Notes under the pieces: generated by a model
What the model was told of the DNA's origin: nothing
The model's database searches: none
Seen by the model: only the letters and a program-made list of their open reading frames with translations
Shown here: piece by piece, positions 38,613 to 49,859 of the stretch
How positions within the stretch are numbered: position 1 is the first letter of the stretch
Layout: every line of letters starts with the position of its first letter
Assembly (NCBI GenBank): GCA_024274875.1
Contig: JAJSAH010000018.1
Span: 1 to 55,146, forward strand
Reading direction: 5' to 3'
DNA from: an archaeon
Lineage (GTDB): Archaea; Micrarchaeota; Micrarchaeia; CAILAH01
Length of the DNA stretch: 55,146 nt
Translations under genes and position numbers: made by a program

Positions 38613-40517
38613 GTGAAATATGTGAATGTTGATACTAGCGAAATAAAAATTCCCTCTAAGCTTATTGAGCAGGTTATCGGGCAGAAGAAAGCTGTGGAAA
38701 TCATCAAGAAAGCGGCAAAGCAAAAACGCAATGTGTTGTTGGTAGGGCAACCTGGCACAGGCAAAAGCATGCTCGCTCAAGCGATGTCGGAACTTTTGCC
38801 AGCTGAGGAGCTTGAAGATGTGCTAATATACCCTAACCATATTGATGAGAACAATCCAAAAGTGCGAGTAGTTAAAACATACAATAATATTGAGGAGCTG
38901 AAGCAGGGAAAACCTGGCAGAGGAAGAAGGATTATTGAGGAGTATAAAAAGAGGGCTATGCTGTATGCAACTAAAGGCATTATATCCCCATTCAAGCTCT
39001 TGATTCTTATAGCAATATCTTTCCTGCTTGCAGGATTGGCTTATGAATATTTCGGGGAAGGCGCTGCAAACATTATCGCAGCGGGATTGCTCGGATTGTT
39101 CATTATAGGCGGAGTGTGGATGTTCGTCTCGCAAATCGCAAAACGCGTAGGTCCTGCCGCCTCTTATGAGGGCCCTAAGCTTATTGTAGATAATACGCTT
39201 AAAAGCACTGCGCCGTTCATAGAAGCGACAGGTTCAAAAGCAGGCGCGCTTTTTGGAGATGTTAAGCATGACCCGTTGCAAAGCGGCGGTCTTGGAACGC
39301 CTGCGCACCTAAGAGTTGAGGCAGGAGCAATCCATAAAGCAAACAAAGGTGTGCTGTTTATAGATGAAGTTTCCCTTCTCAGCGCAAAATCGCAGCAGGA
39401 CCTGTTGTCTGCAATGCAGAACAGAAAATTCCCCATAACCGGCCAAAGCGAGCATAGCTCCGGAGCGCTTGTCCGAACTGACCCTGTGCCATGCGATTTT
39501 CTCCTCGTAGCCGCAGGGAATTTGCAGGATGTTGCGAAAATGCATCCGGCGCTGAGATCCAGAATAAAAGGTTATGGATATGAAGTTTACATGGACGATG
39601 TGATTGAAGATACAGAAGAGAACCGCAAAAAATATGTTCAGTTCATTGCGCAGGAGGTTGCAAAGGATGGCAAGATACCTCATTTTGACAACGGGGCAGT
39701 CGCGGAAATAATCAACATGGCACGCAAGATGGCCGGGAGAAAAGGAAAACTTACATTAAGGTTGAGGGAATTAGGAGGAGTTATACGAGCTGCAGGTGAC
39801 ATCGCTGTGGAGAACGATGCAAAAGTGGTTACAAATGAGCATGTGTTAATTGCAGTAAAAATTGCATCGCCGCTTGAACAGCAAATTGCATCAAAAATCA
39901 TTGATTATAAAAAAGAATATGAAGTGTTCAGCAATAAAGGCAATGCAATAGGCAAAGTGAACGGTCTTGCTGTTCTTGGCGAAGGTTCCTCTGGACTTAT
40001 ACTCCCTATCGAAGCCGAGGTTACGCCTGCGAGTTCCAAGCAAGAAAACAAAATTATAGCAACAGGCAAACTTGGGGAGATTGCAAAGGAAGCTGTTGAG
40101 AATGTATCAGCAATAATCAAAAAACATTTGGGAAGCAGCACTGCAAACAAAGACATACATATACAATTCCTGCAGACATATGAAGGCGTAGAAGGCGATA
40201 GCGCAAGCATAAGCATTGCAACAGCGGTTGTGTCTGCGCTTATGAATATCCCAATAATGCAGAATATTGCGATGACAGGTTCGTTGAGCGTGCGCGGGGA
40301 AGTGCTGCCGGTTGGAGGAGTTACTGCAAAAGTAGAGGCGGCGATTGATGCCGGCATGAAAACCGTTATCATACCATACAACAATAAAGAGGATGTGATT
40401 ATTTCAAAGAGGAGAATTGCAAAAATAAAAATAATACCTGTTAAAACGTTTAAGGAAGTGCTAAAATACGCATTAAGAGACTGCATAGAGAAGAGAAAAC
40501 TGCTCGCAAAGCTTTAA
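38613..40517 (+). CDS. lonB: Membrane-anchored ATP-dependent protease LonB
   Basis: GQPGTGKS, two TMs inside the AAA domain, FIDE, EGDSAS (Ser) and GGVTAK (Lys) dyad; GTG start with AGGTG SD. Confidence 0.96.
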   Translation: MKYVNVDTSEIKIPSKLIEQVIGQKKAVEIIKKAAKQKRNVLLVGQPGTGKSMLAQAMSELLPAEELEDVLIYPNHIDENNPKVRVVKTYNNIEELKQGKPGRGRRIIEEYKKRAMLYATKGIISPFKLLILIAISFLLAGLAYEYFGEGAANIIAAGLLGLFIIGGVWMFVSQIAKRVGPAASYEGPKLIVDNTLKSTAPFIEATGSKAGALFGDVKHDPLQSGGLGTPAHLRVEAGAIHKANKGVLFIDEVSLLSAKSQQDLLSAMQNRKFPITGQSEHSSGALVRTDPVPCDFLLVAAGNLQDVAKMHPALRSRIKGYGYEVYMDDVIEDTEENRKKYVQFIAQEVAKDGKIPHFDNGAVAEIINMARKMAGRKGKLTLRLRELGGVIRAAGDIAVENDAKVVTNEHVLIAVKIASPLEQQIASKIIDYKKEYEVFSNKGNAIGKVNGLAVLGEGSSGLILPIEAEVTPASSKQENKIIATGKLGEIAKEAVENVSAIIKKHLGSSTANKDIHIQFLQTYEGVEGDSASISIATAVVSALMNIPIMQNIAMTGSLSVRGEVLPVGGVTAKVEAAIDAGMKTVIIPYNNKEDVIISKRRIAKIKIIPVKTFKEVLKYALRDCIEKRKLLAKL

Positions 40518-40522
40518 GCAAA

Positions 40523-42085
40523 TTAAATCGCTTTGGACATGTATGCGCCTTCAAGCGCATAACCAAGTTTTCTGTAATAATTTCTCACACCAACGCCGCT
40601 TATTACAAGAATTTTGTTTGCATCATACTCCTCCTTAGAGATGCGTTCTGCAACTTTTAGCATGCTCTTGCCAAACCCTTTATGCTGCGGCGATTTTTCA
40701 TTACGCAATCCAATCTTTAACATATCTCCATAGACATGGAGTTCGCGCACGCCCATGCTCTTGCCGGTAATCTCCTTCCTGAATGGATTCCATGGTTTCC
40801 GCAATCTCAAAAATCCAAATAGTATGTTATGCCTGCGGTCCTCATAGCTTATAAAAACTTCTTCTCCTTGCGATGCATCATACTTCCTTACGACTAATTC
40901 TGGATTCAAATCATCTATGCATATGCCTTTCCTCAAAACATTCAATCCAACCTCGCGCAACCTGATCTCATTAGATGAACCTATCCTGCTTTCGACCATC
41001 TCGCGGAGATTGCTTTTCTTAACGCCGTCTTGTATAAGGTATGCTGGAATATCTCTCTGGACTCTCATAACACGCACATAATACGGAAAATGGCGATACG
41101 CGCGCACAATTACATCAGCCGCCTCATCGCTTGAGTATGGCTTCACTAAGCCGTTTTTCCATTCCTCATACAGTTCAGTATTCTTCATTATAAGGAGCGG
41201 ATAAATTTTTAGCATATCTGGCTTGTATTTATCGTTCGAGAACAGCTCTTTAAACATATCCTCATCTTGCTCAGGAGAGGAATAAAGGCCGGGCATCATA
41301 TGGTAGCACACTTTTAGCAACGAATCTTTTGCAAGTTGCGTTGCCTTCCAAACATCTTCCAAACTGTGCCCACGCTTAGTTCTTGCGAGCACTTCTTGAT
41401 TTAATGTTTGCACACCTATCTCTACGCGAGTCGCTCCAAAACTTAGCATATCATTTATATGAGTTTCAAAACACCAATCAGGCCGAGTTTCTATTGTCAG
41501 CCCTATGCACCGATGCGCTGATAACTCATTTTTCTTGATTGCATCACCAACAGATGGTGATTCAAAGCCATTGAGCGCATTATACATCCCCAATACAAAA
41601 TTTTTCTTATATTCAGCGTTCTGCGCAAGAAAAGTGCCGCCTTGTATAATCAACTCGCATTTATCTGTTGGATGCCCTATCTCTTCAAGCTGGGAGATGC
41701 GAGCGGCAACCTGAGAATATGAATCAAACTTGTTCTGTATGCCACGCATTGTGGCAGGCTCAAAACCTGTGTATGAATTAGGGGCATAATCGCCTTTCGG
41801 GCAATATGTGCATCTTCCGTGCGGGCAACTGCTTAGAGACATTATAGCTATATTAACTATGCCGCTTGCGCTGCGCATAGGCCTCTTGCGAAGCAGAGGA
41901 ATTAAATAAGATAAATTCAATTGCCTGGCGCGAGCTACCAACTCAGAATTCCTAATAAATGAACATCCCCTGCGCTTGCAAACTTTGCGCTTGATTCGTT
42001 CAACATCATCCTTGGACATTGAGGAATTTACAGAGTATTCTGCGTGTATCGCTTCGAGCACAGCATCAAGCATTTCTTGCCGCAT
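40523..42085 (-). CDS. elp3: Elp3 tRNA U34 carboxymethyltransferase (radical SAM + KAT)
   Basis: CPHGRCTYCP, ETRPD, RVQRDIP, RELHVYG, QHKGFG and VISGVGVRNYY motifs. Confidence 0.96.
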   Translation of the reverse strand: MRQEMLDAVLEAIHAEYSVNSSMSKDDVERIKRKVCKRRGCSFIRNSELVARARQLNLSYLIPLLRKRPMRSASGIVNIAIMSLSSCPHGRCTYCPKGDYAPNSYTGFEPATMRGIQNKFDSYSQVAARISQLEEIGHPTDKCELIIQGGTFLAQNAEYKKNFVLGMYNALNGFESPSVGDAIKKNELSAHRCIGLTIETRPDWCFETHINDMLSFGATRVEIGVQTLNQEVLARTKRGHSLEDVWKATQLAKDSLLKVCYHMMPGLYSSPEQDEDMFKELFSNDKYKPDMLKIYPLLIMKNTELYEEWKNGLVKPYSSDEAADVIVRAYRHFPYYVRVMRVQRDIPAYLIQDGVKKSNLREMVESRIGSSNEIRLREVGLNVLRKGICIDDLNPELVVRKYDASQGEEVFISYEDRRHNILFGFLRLRKPWNPFRKEITGKSMGVRELHVYGDMLKIGLRNEKSPQHKGFGKSMLKVAERISKEEYDANKILVISGVGVRNYYRKLGYALEGAYMSKAI

Positions 42086-42111
42086 ACCTGAAATTTGCGA
42101 ACAACATATTT

Positions 42112-42513
42112 TTAATCATTGCTGACTATCGTTGAAATTATATGACGAGTCCTTGGCCCATCAAACTCGCACAATAATACTCTCTGCCAGGATCCAATCA
42201 TCAACCTCCCATTCCGTACAGGCACTGCCACAGAAGGTCCAAACATTCCTGATAGGAGATGAGCTGAAGCATTATTATCTATCGCATCATGCTTCCATTG
42301 CGCGTCTTGCGGAATAACTGCTTTGAAAAAAGCGATGAAATCCTGCTCAAGATTGGGCTCAAACTCATTAATGATTAATGCGCAAGTGGTATGAGGAGCA
42401 TAAATTAAGCATACGCCATCATCAATCCTCTTGGCACCTGCAATCTCAAACACATGGTCAGTAATGTCATGAATGGAGATGCCACTGCCAGTATTTATAG
42501 TGAAACTATGCAT
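42112..42513 (-). CDS. yjbQ: YjbQ family protein
   Basis: HTTCALIINE, NASAH and GSWQRVLLCEFDGPR motifs. Confidence 0.92.
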   Translation of the reverse strand: MHSFTINTGSGISIHDITDHVFEIAGAKRIDDGVCLIYAPHTTCALIINEFEPNLEQDFIAFFKAVIPQDAQWKHDAIDNNASAHLLSGMFGPSVAVPVRNGRLMIGSWQRVLLCEFDGPRTRHIISTIVSND

Positions 42514-42520
42514 GAGAATA

Positions 42521-43747
42521 TTATAAGATGAATTGATATATAGCTAATGCGCCTATGCTAAGAGCAGAAACAAACAAAGATACAAGCATGGCGCGTTTCA
42601 TAATATCATTGCGGCAAGCCAACCCAACAAGAGAATTGGCGGTGATTGTGCCAAGCAGAGAACAGACAACTGCAATTGAGGTTGTTGTTAGGTCGTGCGT
42701 GCCATTTGCATTCATGGAGAGAAGAGATGCGATCGTTGCAATCGTGCTGAAAACTCCTCCTACAAAAGCAACTGCATAGTATCCTGCTGTGGATGTTGAA
42801 ATAACTGTATCAAGAAGCGCAGAAATGATGAGAAAAACTAACGCAAGCTCAACTGCCTTGGTGATTGTAAAAGGATGGTTCATTTTGAGCACTTTTATCT
42901 TTACTTCGCGCGCTGGATTGAAATACTGCGCAATTAAGTGAACTGCTATTACTGCAACAAAATACGGCCACACTTTAAGGAACACTGGAAGCGAAATAAT
43001 GAATATGAAGAGCAAGTTCCTAATAGAACTGGCAGCAATTGCGCTGCTGTACGCTCTATACAATGATTTTTTTATTCTGGTGGCTTCCTCGGATAGAAAG
43101 AAGATCACAGAGGTGCTGTTTATGAGTCCGCCTAAGAACCCCATAACATACAATGGAAGTTTAGGGTAAACACGATGCAAAATAAATGCAAAAAAGCTGA
43201 TCGCCGACACATAATATATCATATTAAAAAACATGTCCAAATTGAAAGTCAAACCATGCAGAGTATATGTTTGCGGAGTGATGGGATAGAGAACGAATAT
43301 GATTATCGCAAACCTTATTATATCGCTCCATTCAGCATCAGTAAGCTTCTGCGTGAATTTTACTGAATATTTCTTTGCGTACAGTATCGAAGTGATTACC
43401 ACCGACAATGCAACCGCTTCAACATAAAAATAATAGGATACAAAAATCCCAATTATAAACACAAGCGGAAATAGAACTAATGTAGTCAATCCGCCAGTAC
43501 GCGTTTCAGATGAAATCCTGTAAAAATAGTATGAAATAAAGAGAATGCATGCAAAAGATATAAGAGGAAAATAAGTTAGGTTTCGATCAAGAACTGACAA
43601 CTCAGCAGAAAGCATCCCTAACAACGCGATGAAAAAAAATGTTCGCGCACCGAACATATGTTGTTTTTTTGCGTACTCCCTCTCTATCCCTACCAATGCG
43701 CCTAACGCACCGGCCAACCCTACTTTTATGAGAAGGTTTAGCATCAT
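42521..43747 (-). CDS. MgtC/SapB + DUF4010 membrane protein
   Basis: GALVGIERE, GARTF, GLTT and GGLINST motifs; many TMs. Confidence 0.85.
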   Translation of the reverse strand: MMLNLLIKVGLAGALGALVGIEREYAKKQHMFGARTFFFIALLGMLSAELSVLDRNLTYFPLISFACILFISYYFYRISSETRTGGLTTLVLFPLVFIIGIFVSYYFYVEAVALSVVITSILYAKKYSVKFTQKLTDAEWSDIIRFAIIIFVLYPITPQTYTLHGLTFNLDMFFNMIYYVSAISFFAFILHRVYPKLPLYVMGFLGGLINSTSVIFFLSEEATRIKKSLYRAYSSAIAASSIRNLLFIFIISLPVFLKVWPYFVAVIAVHLIAQYFNPAREVKIKVLKMNHPFTITKAVELALVFLIISALLDTVISTSTAGYYAVAFVGGVFSTIATIASLLSMNANGTHDLTTTSIAVVCSLLGTITANSLVGLACRNDIMKRAMLVSLFVSALSIGALAIYQFIL

Positions 43748-43755
43748 ATAATTAC

Positions 43756-44526
43756 CTACCTGCTACCCACTGCATCATTAATCGTCTTTGAAAAAGATTC
43801 CACTTTTTGTTTAACATCATCGATGTTCTCAACAACTGTTCCAATCTGTATCATATCAGCGCCTGCTTTGATGATATCGCGAGCCTCATTTAAAGTTCTG
43901 ATGCCGCCCGCAACCATGTAAGGAGATTTAGTCGCCTTTCTAACAGCGCGCACCATCTCCGGAGGAACTGGACCTAACTCACTTGCTGACCCTGCATCTG
44001 TGAAAATCAAGTGATTGCCAGCAAGCTCTCCTGTGAGCGCAAGCGCAGCTGCAAGTTTTGGCTTGTTGCGAGGCATAAGTTTCGCATCGCCTACCCAACC
44101 TACTGTACCGCCTGGCTCAACAACTATGTATGCAGTTGGGATAGATTCAATTCCAAAGGATCTTATGAGCGGCGCTCCAAGCATCTGTGCCTGCCCAAGC
44201 CAATAAGGATTCCTCGAATTAAGCAATGTGAGAAAGTATATTGCATCTGCATATCTAGTAATCGTGCCGACATTTCCCGGAAAAAGTATCATTGGGACAG
44301 AAATATCTTGTTTGATCTGTTTTGCAACCATATCAAGCAATTCGCCCTGAACGCTCGTCGAGCCACCAATCGCTATCATATCCGCTCCAGATTCCGCTGC
44401 GGCGACTCCGGTCTTGATTGCAACTTCAGGAGAAACATAATCAACCGGGTCAATCACAATGGATAGAATCGCCTTTCCTTTATCGATTTTATCCAACAAA
44501 TACTGCTCAACCTTTCCTGGATTCAT
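43756..44526 (-). CDS. Geranylgeranylglyceryl phosphate synthase (PcrB family)
   Basis: IDP, IGGS, LFPG, LLNSRNP, DAGS, GGIR and GT motifs; start MNPGK with GGTGA SD. Confidence 0.93.
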   Translation of the reverse strand: MNPGKVEQYLLDKIDKGKAILSIVIDPVDYVSPEVAIKTGVAAAESGADMIAIGGSTSVQGELLDMVAKQIKQDISVPMILFPGNVGTITRYADAIYFLTLLNSRNPYWLGQAQMLGAPLIRSFGIESIPTAYIVVEPGGTVGWVGDAKLMPRNKPKLAAALALTGELAGNHLIFTDAGSASELGPVPPEMVRAVRKATKSPYMVAGGIRTLNEARDIIKAGADMIQIGTVVENIDDVKQKVESFSKTINDAVGSR

Positions 44527-44573
44527 CCAATCACCAAATATGCAATATATGTTATACAAATAATATTTTAAAA

Positions 44574-45227
44574 TCAGTAATATATTGCATTTATAAGATG
44601 TTCTGATTCGATGCGGTTAAGCAACCGTACTGTATACAGGTAGCGAACTATTGATTCGCTTGCAATCCTCATCAAAAGATGCAACGGCAATTCTGAAAAA
44701 CGATTAACCCTGAACTTAATCCTTATATCGCCTATGGAAGTGAACAATACTGCAACAGAACGCTCAACATCCAGCGCGAACAACTCATCATTCATAGAGC
44801 TCGGTTCATAGCGCTTCGCAAGCGCCGAAATGTCTTTTCCGGTTATTCCAATTGCGCGCGAACTTAACGCGCGCACATACATCACGCGGTCCTTTCCTGC
44901 CGGTATTAAAGATAATTGGCCATTCCTGTCTGCCCTAAGCGCTCTCGAAGACCTTTGCACATACTCTTTCATAGATAGCAAACGATTTTTTCCGTATATT
45001 ACCGCTAAACACGCCTTGCTTAATGTTTTCTCCAAGCCGCTTCTAATTAAAAAGCTCCTGCCAGAAATTTCGTGCCTCTTTGCACTATGAGCTGAATGAC
45101 TCTCAACTGTTGACATTTTGCCCGCAGAACATCCCATTATTGGGCCAGATGCGAGAACTGCAATGAAAGCGAATTTTGCAGGAGCACTGCGTTTCACAGC
45201 AACCTTACATTCTTTTCTCATGCGCAA
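44574..45227 (-). CDS. Hypothetical protein, possible lipoprotein
   Basis: Basic N-terminus, hydrophobic stretch and lipobox-like IMGC. Confidence 0.5.
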   Translation of the reverse strand: MRMRKECKVAVKRSAPAKFAFIAVLASGPIMGCSAGKMSTVESHSAHSAKRHEISGRSFLIRSGLEKTLSKACLAVIYGKNRLLSMKEYVQRSSRALRADRNGQLSLIPAGKDRVMYVRALSSRAIGITGKDISALAKRYEPSSMNDELFALDVERSVAVLFTSIGDIRIKFRVNRFSELPLHLLMRIASESIVRYLYTVRLLNRIESEHLINAIYY

Positions 45228-45636
45228 TCAACCTGCTCTTAGGGATTAATGGTTTTAAATATGTTCCTTTTTTGAGAGATATGCCTGCCCCTTTGCCATC
45301 AGTAGTTTTTAAAATAACAAGACCATCGCTGCAACTCTCGCAATTAGTTTGAATAGGAATGTTTGAGTATGCTTTATGCAAATCGCGCATGCCAACATCA
45401 ATAAAATTCTTTGAGGCAAGATGGCCAAACTGCAGAACAAAATTCAAAGATGGTTTTATGCCATACAGAGTGTTCAGCTTCCCAGCAAGCATGCCCTTGC
45501 GCTGCATCCTCCCATAATCAACTTTAAGGATATCTGAGCAGAGTATGTATACATTGTTCTTCCGCTCTTCAACGCAAAACCCCTTAGGAAGCGCAATGCC
45601 AAACCGGTGATTAATAAACTCTACAAACTTACTCAT
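45205..45636 (-). CDS. NIP7/pre-PUA-like partner of RNA m5C methyltransferase
   Basis: KPSLNFVLQFGHLASKNFI and C-terminal LIPK; overlaps the NOP2/RsmF gene stop. Confidence 0.6.
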   Translation of the reverse strand: MSKFVEFINHRFGIALPKGFCVEERKNNVYILCSDILKVDYGRMQRKGMLAGKLNTLYGIKPSLNFVLQFGHLASKNFIDVGMRDLHKAYSNIPIQTNCESCSDGLVILKTTDGKGAGISLKKGTYLKPLIPKSRLIAHEKRM

Positions 45637-46450
45637 CGTTACTCCCCTTAACAATCTTAGCCACAAAAAATGCTTCATCAAGTTCATAACGCACAACATT
45701 CTCGTTTATATGCGCATCTTGACCGCAACCGCGAGCATAATCAAAAACAATATCTGAGCCAGCATCAGCGATAACGGCATTCGGCCTCTTAGCAAGCAGA
45801 TGCGCTACAACATCCTCATTCTCATCTATGGTTGTTGTGCATGTTGAATATACAAGCACGCCACCATCATCAAGCAAGTCAAATGCGCGCAAAATTAACG
45901 ATGTCTGCAACCTCGCCAAAGAGCGTATGCGATTCTCACTGTGCGAGATGCAACCTTTTCTTGAACCAATGCTGCTGCAAGGCGCATCAACCAAAATCTT
46001 TGTAAATTTAATGCCTGAGGGAAACCGTCGCCCATCATAATTAGTTATGCATGCGTTCAACACGCCTAACCTATCTATATGGCTTCCCAAACTTTTCAAT
46101 CTCATATATGACGAGTCGTTAGCAACTATGACGCCTCTGTTTTGCATGTGCATGCTCATTTGCGTTGTTTTACTGCCTGGAGCTGCCGCCAAATCAAGCA
46201 CGATATCATTAGGTTTTGGCGCAAGAATCATAGCGGGAACCATCGATGAGAGAGATTGTATATAATAATGGCCTAATTGATACTCAATTGTCCTGCCAAG
46301 AGATTTTTCTTCGCGCCCAGACACAGTATACGCGCAATCATACCAAGAAACCTTATCAACCGCGTAGCCCTGCGATTCAAGCGCATCATGCAACTCGCGC
46401 GGTTCTGTGCGCAAACAATTCACTCTGATGCTAACCCTGCTAAAATCCAT
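45629..46450 (-). CDS. RsmB/NOP2-family RNA m5C methyltransferase
   Basis: YYIQ..SSM, DLAAAPGSKTT, DAPCS and VYSTCT motifs. Confidence 0.95.
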   Translation of the reverse strand: MDFSRVSIRVNCLRTEPRELHDALESQGYAVDKVSWYDCAYTVSGREEKSLGRTIEYQLGHYYIQSLSSMVPAMILAPKPNDIVLDLAAAPGSKTTQMSMHMQNRGVIVANDSSYMRLKSLGSHIDRLGVLNACITNYDGRRFPSGIKFTKILVDAPCSSIGSRKGCISHSENRIRSLARLQTSLILRAFDLLDDGGVLVYSTCTTTIDENEDVVAHLLAKRPNAVIADAGSDIVFDYARGCGQDAHINENVVRYELDEAFFVAKIVKGSNDE

Positions 46451-46513
46451 ATGGGAATATGAGGAGCATATAAATAATATATTTTTAATCCATCTATTAT
46501 ATTGAGTTAATAT

Positions 46514-46602
46514 GGACCCGTAGTCGAGTGGTTAAGACGCTCGCCTCACAAGAATTCTGCTGGGAACGCGAGAGATCCCCCGTTCGATCCGGGGCGGGTC
46601 CA
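46514..46602 (+). tRNA. tRNA-Val(CAC) with a 16-nt intron at 37/38 (46551-46566)
   Basis: GGACCCG/CGGGTCC acceptor stem; CTCGC-CTCACA|intron|C-GCGAG; central BHB helix CUCA:UGGG. Confidence 0.93.
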
Positions 46603-46603
46603 C

Positions 46604-47545
46604 TTACCGGCATTCGCCCGAATCCTTAAGGTAGGTTATGAATTCGCGTATGCCTTCCGCAAGAGTCGTGCGGGCTCTAAACCCTAATTCGCGCCTTGCC
46701 TTCTCTGAACTCACAACACGATCATACATAAGCATCTGAACAAACTCATACGGCACCCCCTCTTTCCCTTTTATTCTACGGTACGCATTATACAACGCAA
46801 GGAACGGCCGCGACATAAATCTGTTGATACGAATATATCTTCTTTGGGCGCCAAGAAGATCAGCAACATACTCTACAAGCTCAAGCAAAGTCATTTCATC
46901 ATCGCAATTTATATTGTATACGCCCTCAGCGTTTTTATGAACTGCAAGCAGCATTGCGTTTGACACATCTCGCGCATGAACCATCGGAATATGATTGCTG
47001 CCGTCGCCAAATATTGGCATTCTCCCTTCTCTAATCAATCTGCACGCCATTCCAAACCCTTCGCCAAATCCGCTGCCATATATCATAGATGGCCTAAGTA
47101 TGCACACGTTTCCAAAGTAATTTCTGCATAATAACTCCGCTTCAAACTTGGTACGCGCATATGGAGTATCAGGATTAAGGGGCGTGCTCTCAGTTATGTT
47201 CTGATTATCTAACTTTCCATACACAGAAATTGAACTAACATATAAAAGATTCTTGATGCCCGCCTGCTCGCATCTCTCCAAAAGCGATTTGGTCCCTTCA
47301 ACATTAACATTGTAAAGAGTTGAGTATTTTCCAGACATATCAGTATTAGCTGCTAAATGAACTACCCAATCGCATCCTTTAATTTCATTATAATCAAAAT
47401 CATGCAAACTGCCGCGAACCATTTTACAGCCATCAATATTCACTGAACGGCTCAACGCCACAACATCATAATTGTTTCGCAAAAAAAGAGGCAAAACATG
47501 CCTCCCTAACCTGCCTGTGCCGCCCGTTATGAAAATACTGGTCAT
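46604..47545 (-). CDS. NAD-dependent epimerase/dehydratase (extended SDR)
   Basis: TGGTGRLG, HLAA, NVEGT, SSISVYG and YARTK motifs. Confidence 0.9.
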   Translation of the reverse strand: MTSIFITGGTGRLGRHVLPLFLRNNYDVVALSRSVNIDGCKMVRGSLHDFDYNEIKGCDWVVHLAANTDMSGKYSTLYNVNVEGTKSLLERCEQAGIKNLLYVSSISVYGKLDNQNITESTPLNPDTPYARTKFEAELLCRNYFGNVCILRPSMIYGSGFGEGFGMACRLIREGRMPIFGDGSNHIPMVHARDVSNAMLLAVHKNAEGVYNINCDDEMTLLELVEYVADLLGAQRRYIRINRFMSRPFLALYNAYRRIKGKEGVPYEFVQMLMYDRVVSSEKARRELGFRARTTLAEGIREFITYLKDSGECR

Positions 47546-47556
47546 GCGATCACTGT

Positions 47557-48009
47557 CTAATACATGCCTTTGAGCTTGGTTATTGCCATCCTAATTTTAT
47601 CCATGGCGCTGCTGTACCTTTGGTCATATGATTTCAGCATCGCTTCCAAACCTGCGTCATCAGTATCAGAAATAACGAATGAGTATTCCTTATTATTCCT
47701 CTGCAAAATACCTCTCTTCTCAAGCCGCAGCAAATGATATCTCACTGTTTTTTCGCTGCAAATAGTCCCTTTCTTTTCCAGCAAATTCATTATCTCACTT
47801 ACTTGCACGCCCCTGTGTTCTCTTAATTGCATGTCCAACATCACTTCTATCAAATCAATCAAATATTTTCTCGATTCATTAGGGTTTATTAGGCCTAATG
47901 CAAGAGCCAACCATCTAATCAATGATGCACGCGTCAGCGTCACATCAGGAGGAAGCCTCATATCCCTTACAACTAATGTGTTGAGGATGTGCTCTGATTC
48001 AGGAATCAT
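47557..48009 (-). CDS. Winged-helix DNA-binding protein
   Basis: SEKTVRYHLLRLEKRGIL recognition helix and wing. Confidence 0.65.
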   Translation of the reverse strand: MIPESEHILNTLVVRDMRLPPDVTLTRASLIRWLALALGLINPNESRKYLIDLIEVMLDMQLREHRGVQVSEIMNLLEKKGTICSEKTVRYHLLRLEKRGILQRNNKEYSFVISDTDDAGLEAMLKSYDQRYSSAMDKIRMAITKLKGMY

Positions 48010-48018
48010 AATATCACA

Positions 48019-49236
48019 TCATACCAAAGATACTTTGCCATTTATATCGCGCACCCTGTTATAATCGCATGATTCGCGCTTCTTCCAAGGGTTAACATAC
48101 ACAAACACTTTCTCGTCATCATCCACGCTAACAACCTTCCCAAGATAATTGCCAGAAGATGAATACACTTCTTTGCCAAGCAAATCTACGCCGCGCACCA
48201 TATCCATTTTCAAATAATGAACCACTTCCATGGACAGCGCGCCAAGCACAATGCTGAATATAAACACATTCACCAACTCGCCAAAGAACATATCAGAAGT
48301 TACCCAGCTTGCAAACGCCCAAATTATATACAGTATGATTGCAGTCAGCACTGAGTAGAACAGCATGCGGAGAGTTGCAAGGTTCTTGGATGCGCGTATA
48401 TTGTCATACAATCTTCCAACATAGATTAAGAACATTGGGGGAACAAAGGAAATCACTAAAGTGCGCAGAGCATAACCTACTGATTCAAGAGCATCGTATG
48501 TTTGGGATGTTTTTATGTACTGGTCTATGCTCATCCACACTGCTAGCACGAATAACGGAAAGGCTATCACATAAGCAATAGTGCTTACCTCTTCTGAACT
48601 GAACTTAAAATGAGATAATGTGTATAGCAACCTATCTTCAATCCCAAATCCTTTTGCAAGAAGATAAACGCCAAGCAATGCAGCTACCGGCCTCCATTCA
48701 AATCCCAAAGAATAACTTATTACCAAGCCGAGAAGAATCAATGCAGGAATACCTATAAAAATTCTGGCAAAGTAAGGTTCCTTCAACTTATCAAGAATGA
48801 GAAGGTATGTCCTCTCAAGCTCCTTGGATTGCTTCATCGAAACCTGCTTTACTGCATCTAATTTCATGCGAGAATTGATTATGGGGAGTATTTGCTCATC
48901 ATCACCGCCATCGCTCACGAATATGCATGATTCGGCAGGAAACTGAAGCAGAACTTTATCTAATTGTGATGAAATCTCCCTGTCAGCGATATAACCTCTT
49001 CCCGGATCGCCTGTGAGCGTAGCTATTTCAACATCCTCGCCTTTACTCCTCATTAAATCATATATCCTTATTGCTTCAAATATGGTGTTGCCGTCAACTT
49101 CCTCAGGGTCCTTGAGCAACAATTTATTGGCGGCGTTCAAATTCATCGATTTGCCTATTATAGGACCGCTTATGCCAACTTTTTCCTTTAAATCTGCATC
49201 CCTGTCAACGCACAACACTAAAATCTTTTTAGGCAT
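48019..49236 (-). CDS. DUF373 membrane protein with C-terminal PRC-barrel-like domain
   Basis: VLCVDRDADL, DPEE.DGN and VSDG.DDE motifs, TMs; GKEVYSSSGNYLGKV tail. Confidence 0.85.
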   Translation of the reverse strand: MPKKILVLCVDRDADLKEKVGISGPIIGKSMNLNAANKLLLKDPEEVDGNTIFEAIRIYDLMRSKGEDVEIATLTGDPGRGYIADREISSQLDKVLLQFPAESCIFVSDGGDDEQILPIINSRMKLDAVKQVSMKQSKELERTYLLILDKLKEPYFARIFIGIPALILLGLVISYSLGFEWRPVAALLGVYLLAKGFGIEDRLLYTLSHFKFSSEEVSTIAYVIAFPLFVLAVWMSIDQYIKTSQTYDALESVGYALRTLVISFVPPMFLIYVGRLYDNIRASKNLATLRMLFYSVLTAIILYIIWAFASWVTSDMFFGELVNVFIFSIVLGALSMEVVHYLKMDMVRGVDLLGKEVYSSSGNYLGKVVSVDDDEKVFVYVNPWKKRESCDYNRVRDINGKVSLV

Positions 49237-49289
49237 GCTTATGAATGCTCTTATAAAACTTTTAAAGTTAATAATGCCTAAGTGTAATC

Positions 49290-49859
49290 ATGAAAGACGC
49301 TAAATTTCCAGGTGATGAGATCAGCGAAGAAATTGAATATGCCGCGGGGGAGGGTGCATATTCAGAAGATGGTATAGTTAGAGCGGAGCAGTGCGGCTGG
49401 CCCTGCGCAGATGATGGATCGAGAACTATCAGCGTAGAACCTATGTTCTCCACACCAGTGAAGCTTAAAGTTGGGCAGGAGATGTATGGGATAGTAGAAG
49501 ATGTGGGGGATACGCATGCCACAATAACGCTCTCATACGATAAATCAAAAGGAGTAAGGTATGACTTATCAAATGATTATTCTATGCTCAGGATTGAGAA
49601 TGCTAAGCAAAAAGGGCAGTATGTAAAGTATATGAGGGACCTTATCAGAATAGGCGATGTAGTTAAAGTGAAAATATTGAAGTTTGTCAAGGGTGCAATA
49701 GATGTTACAATGAATGGCAAAGGGCTTGGAGTAGTCAAAGCGTTCTGCACGCAGTGCAGGACGCCGATGGCGCTTAAGAATAATAAGTTATACTGCCAAA
49801 AATGCGATAGGAGCGAAACGCGTAAAATTGGCAGCCCGTATTTAGAGGTGATTGATTGA
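49290..49859 (+). CDS. csl4: Exosome RNA-binding protein Csl4
   Basis: S1 domain plus CTQC..CQKC ribbon and ETRK; canonical position before rpoL. Confidence 0.9.
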   Translation: MKDAKFPGDEISEEIEYAAGEGAYSEDGIVRAEQCGWPCADDGSRTISVEPMFSTPVKLKVGQEMYGIVEDVGDTHATITLSYDKSKGVRYDLSNDYSMLRIENAKQKGQYVKYMRDLIRIGDVVKVKILKFVKGAIDVTMNGKGLGVVKAFCTQCRTPMALKNNKLYCQKCDRSETRKIGSPYLEVID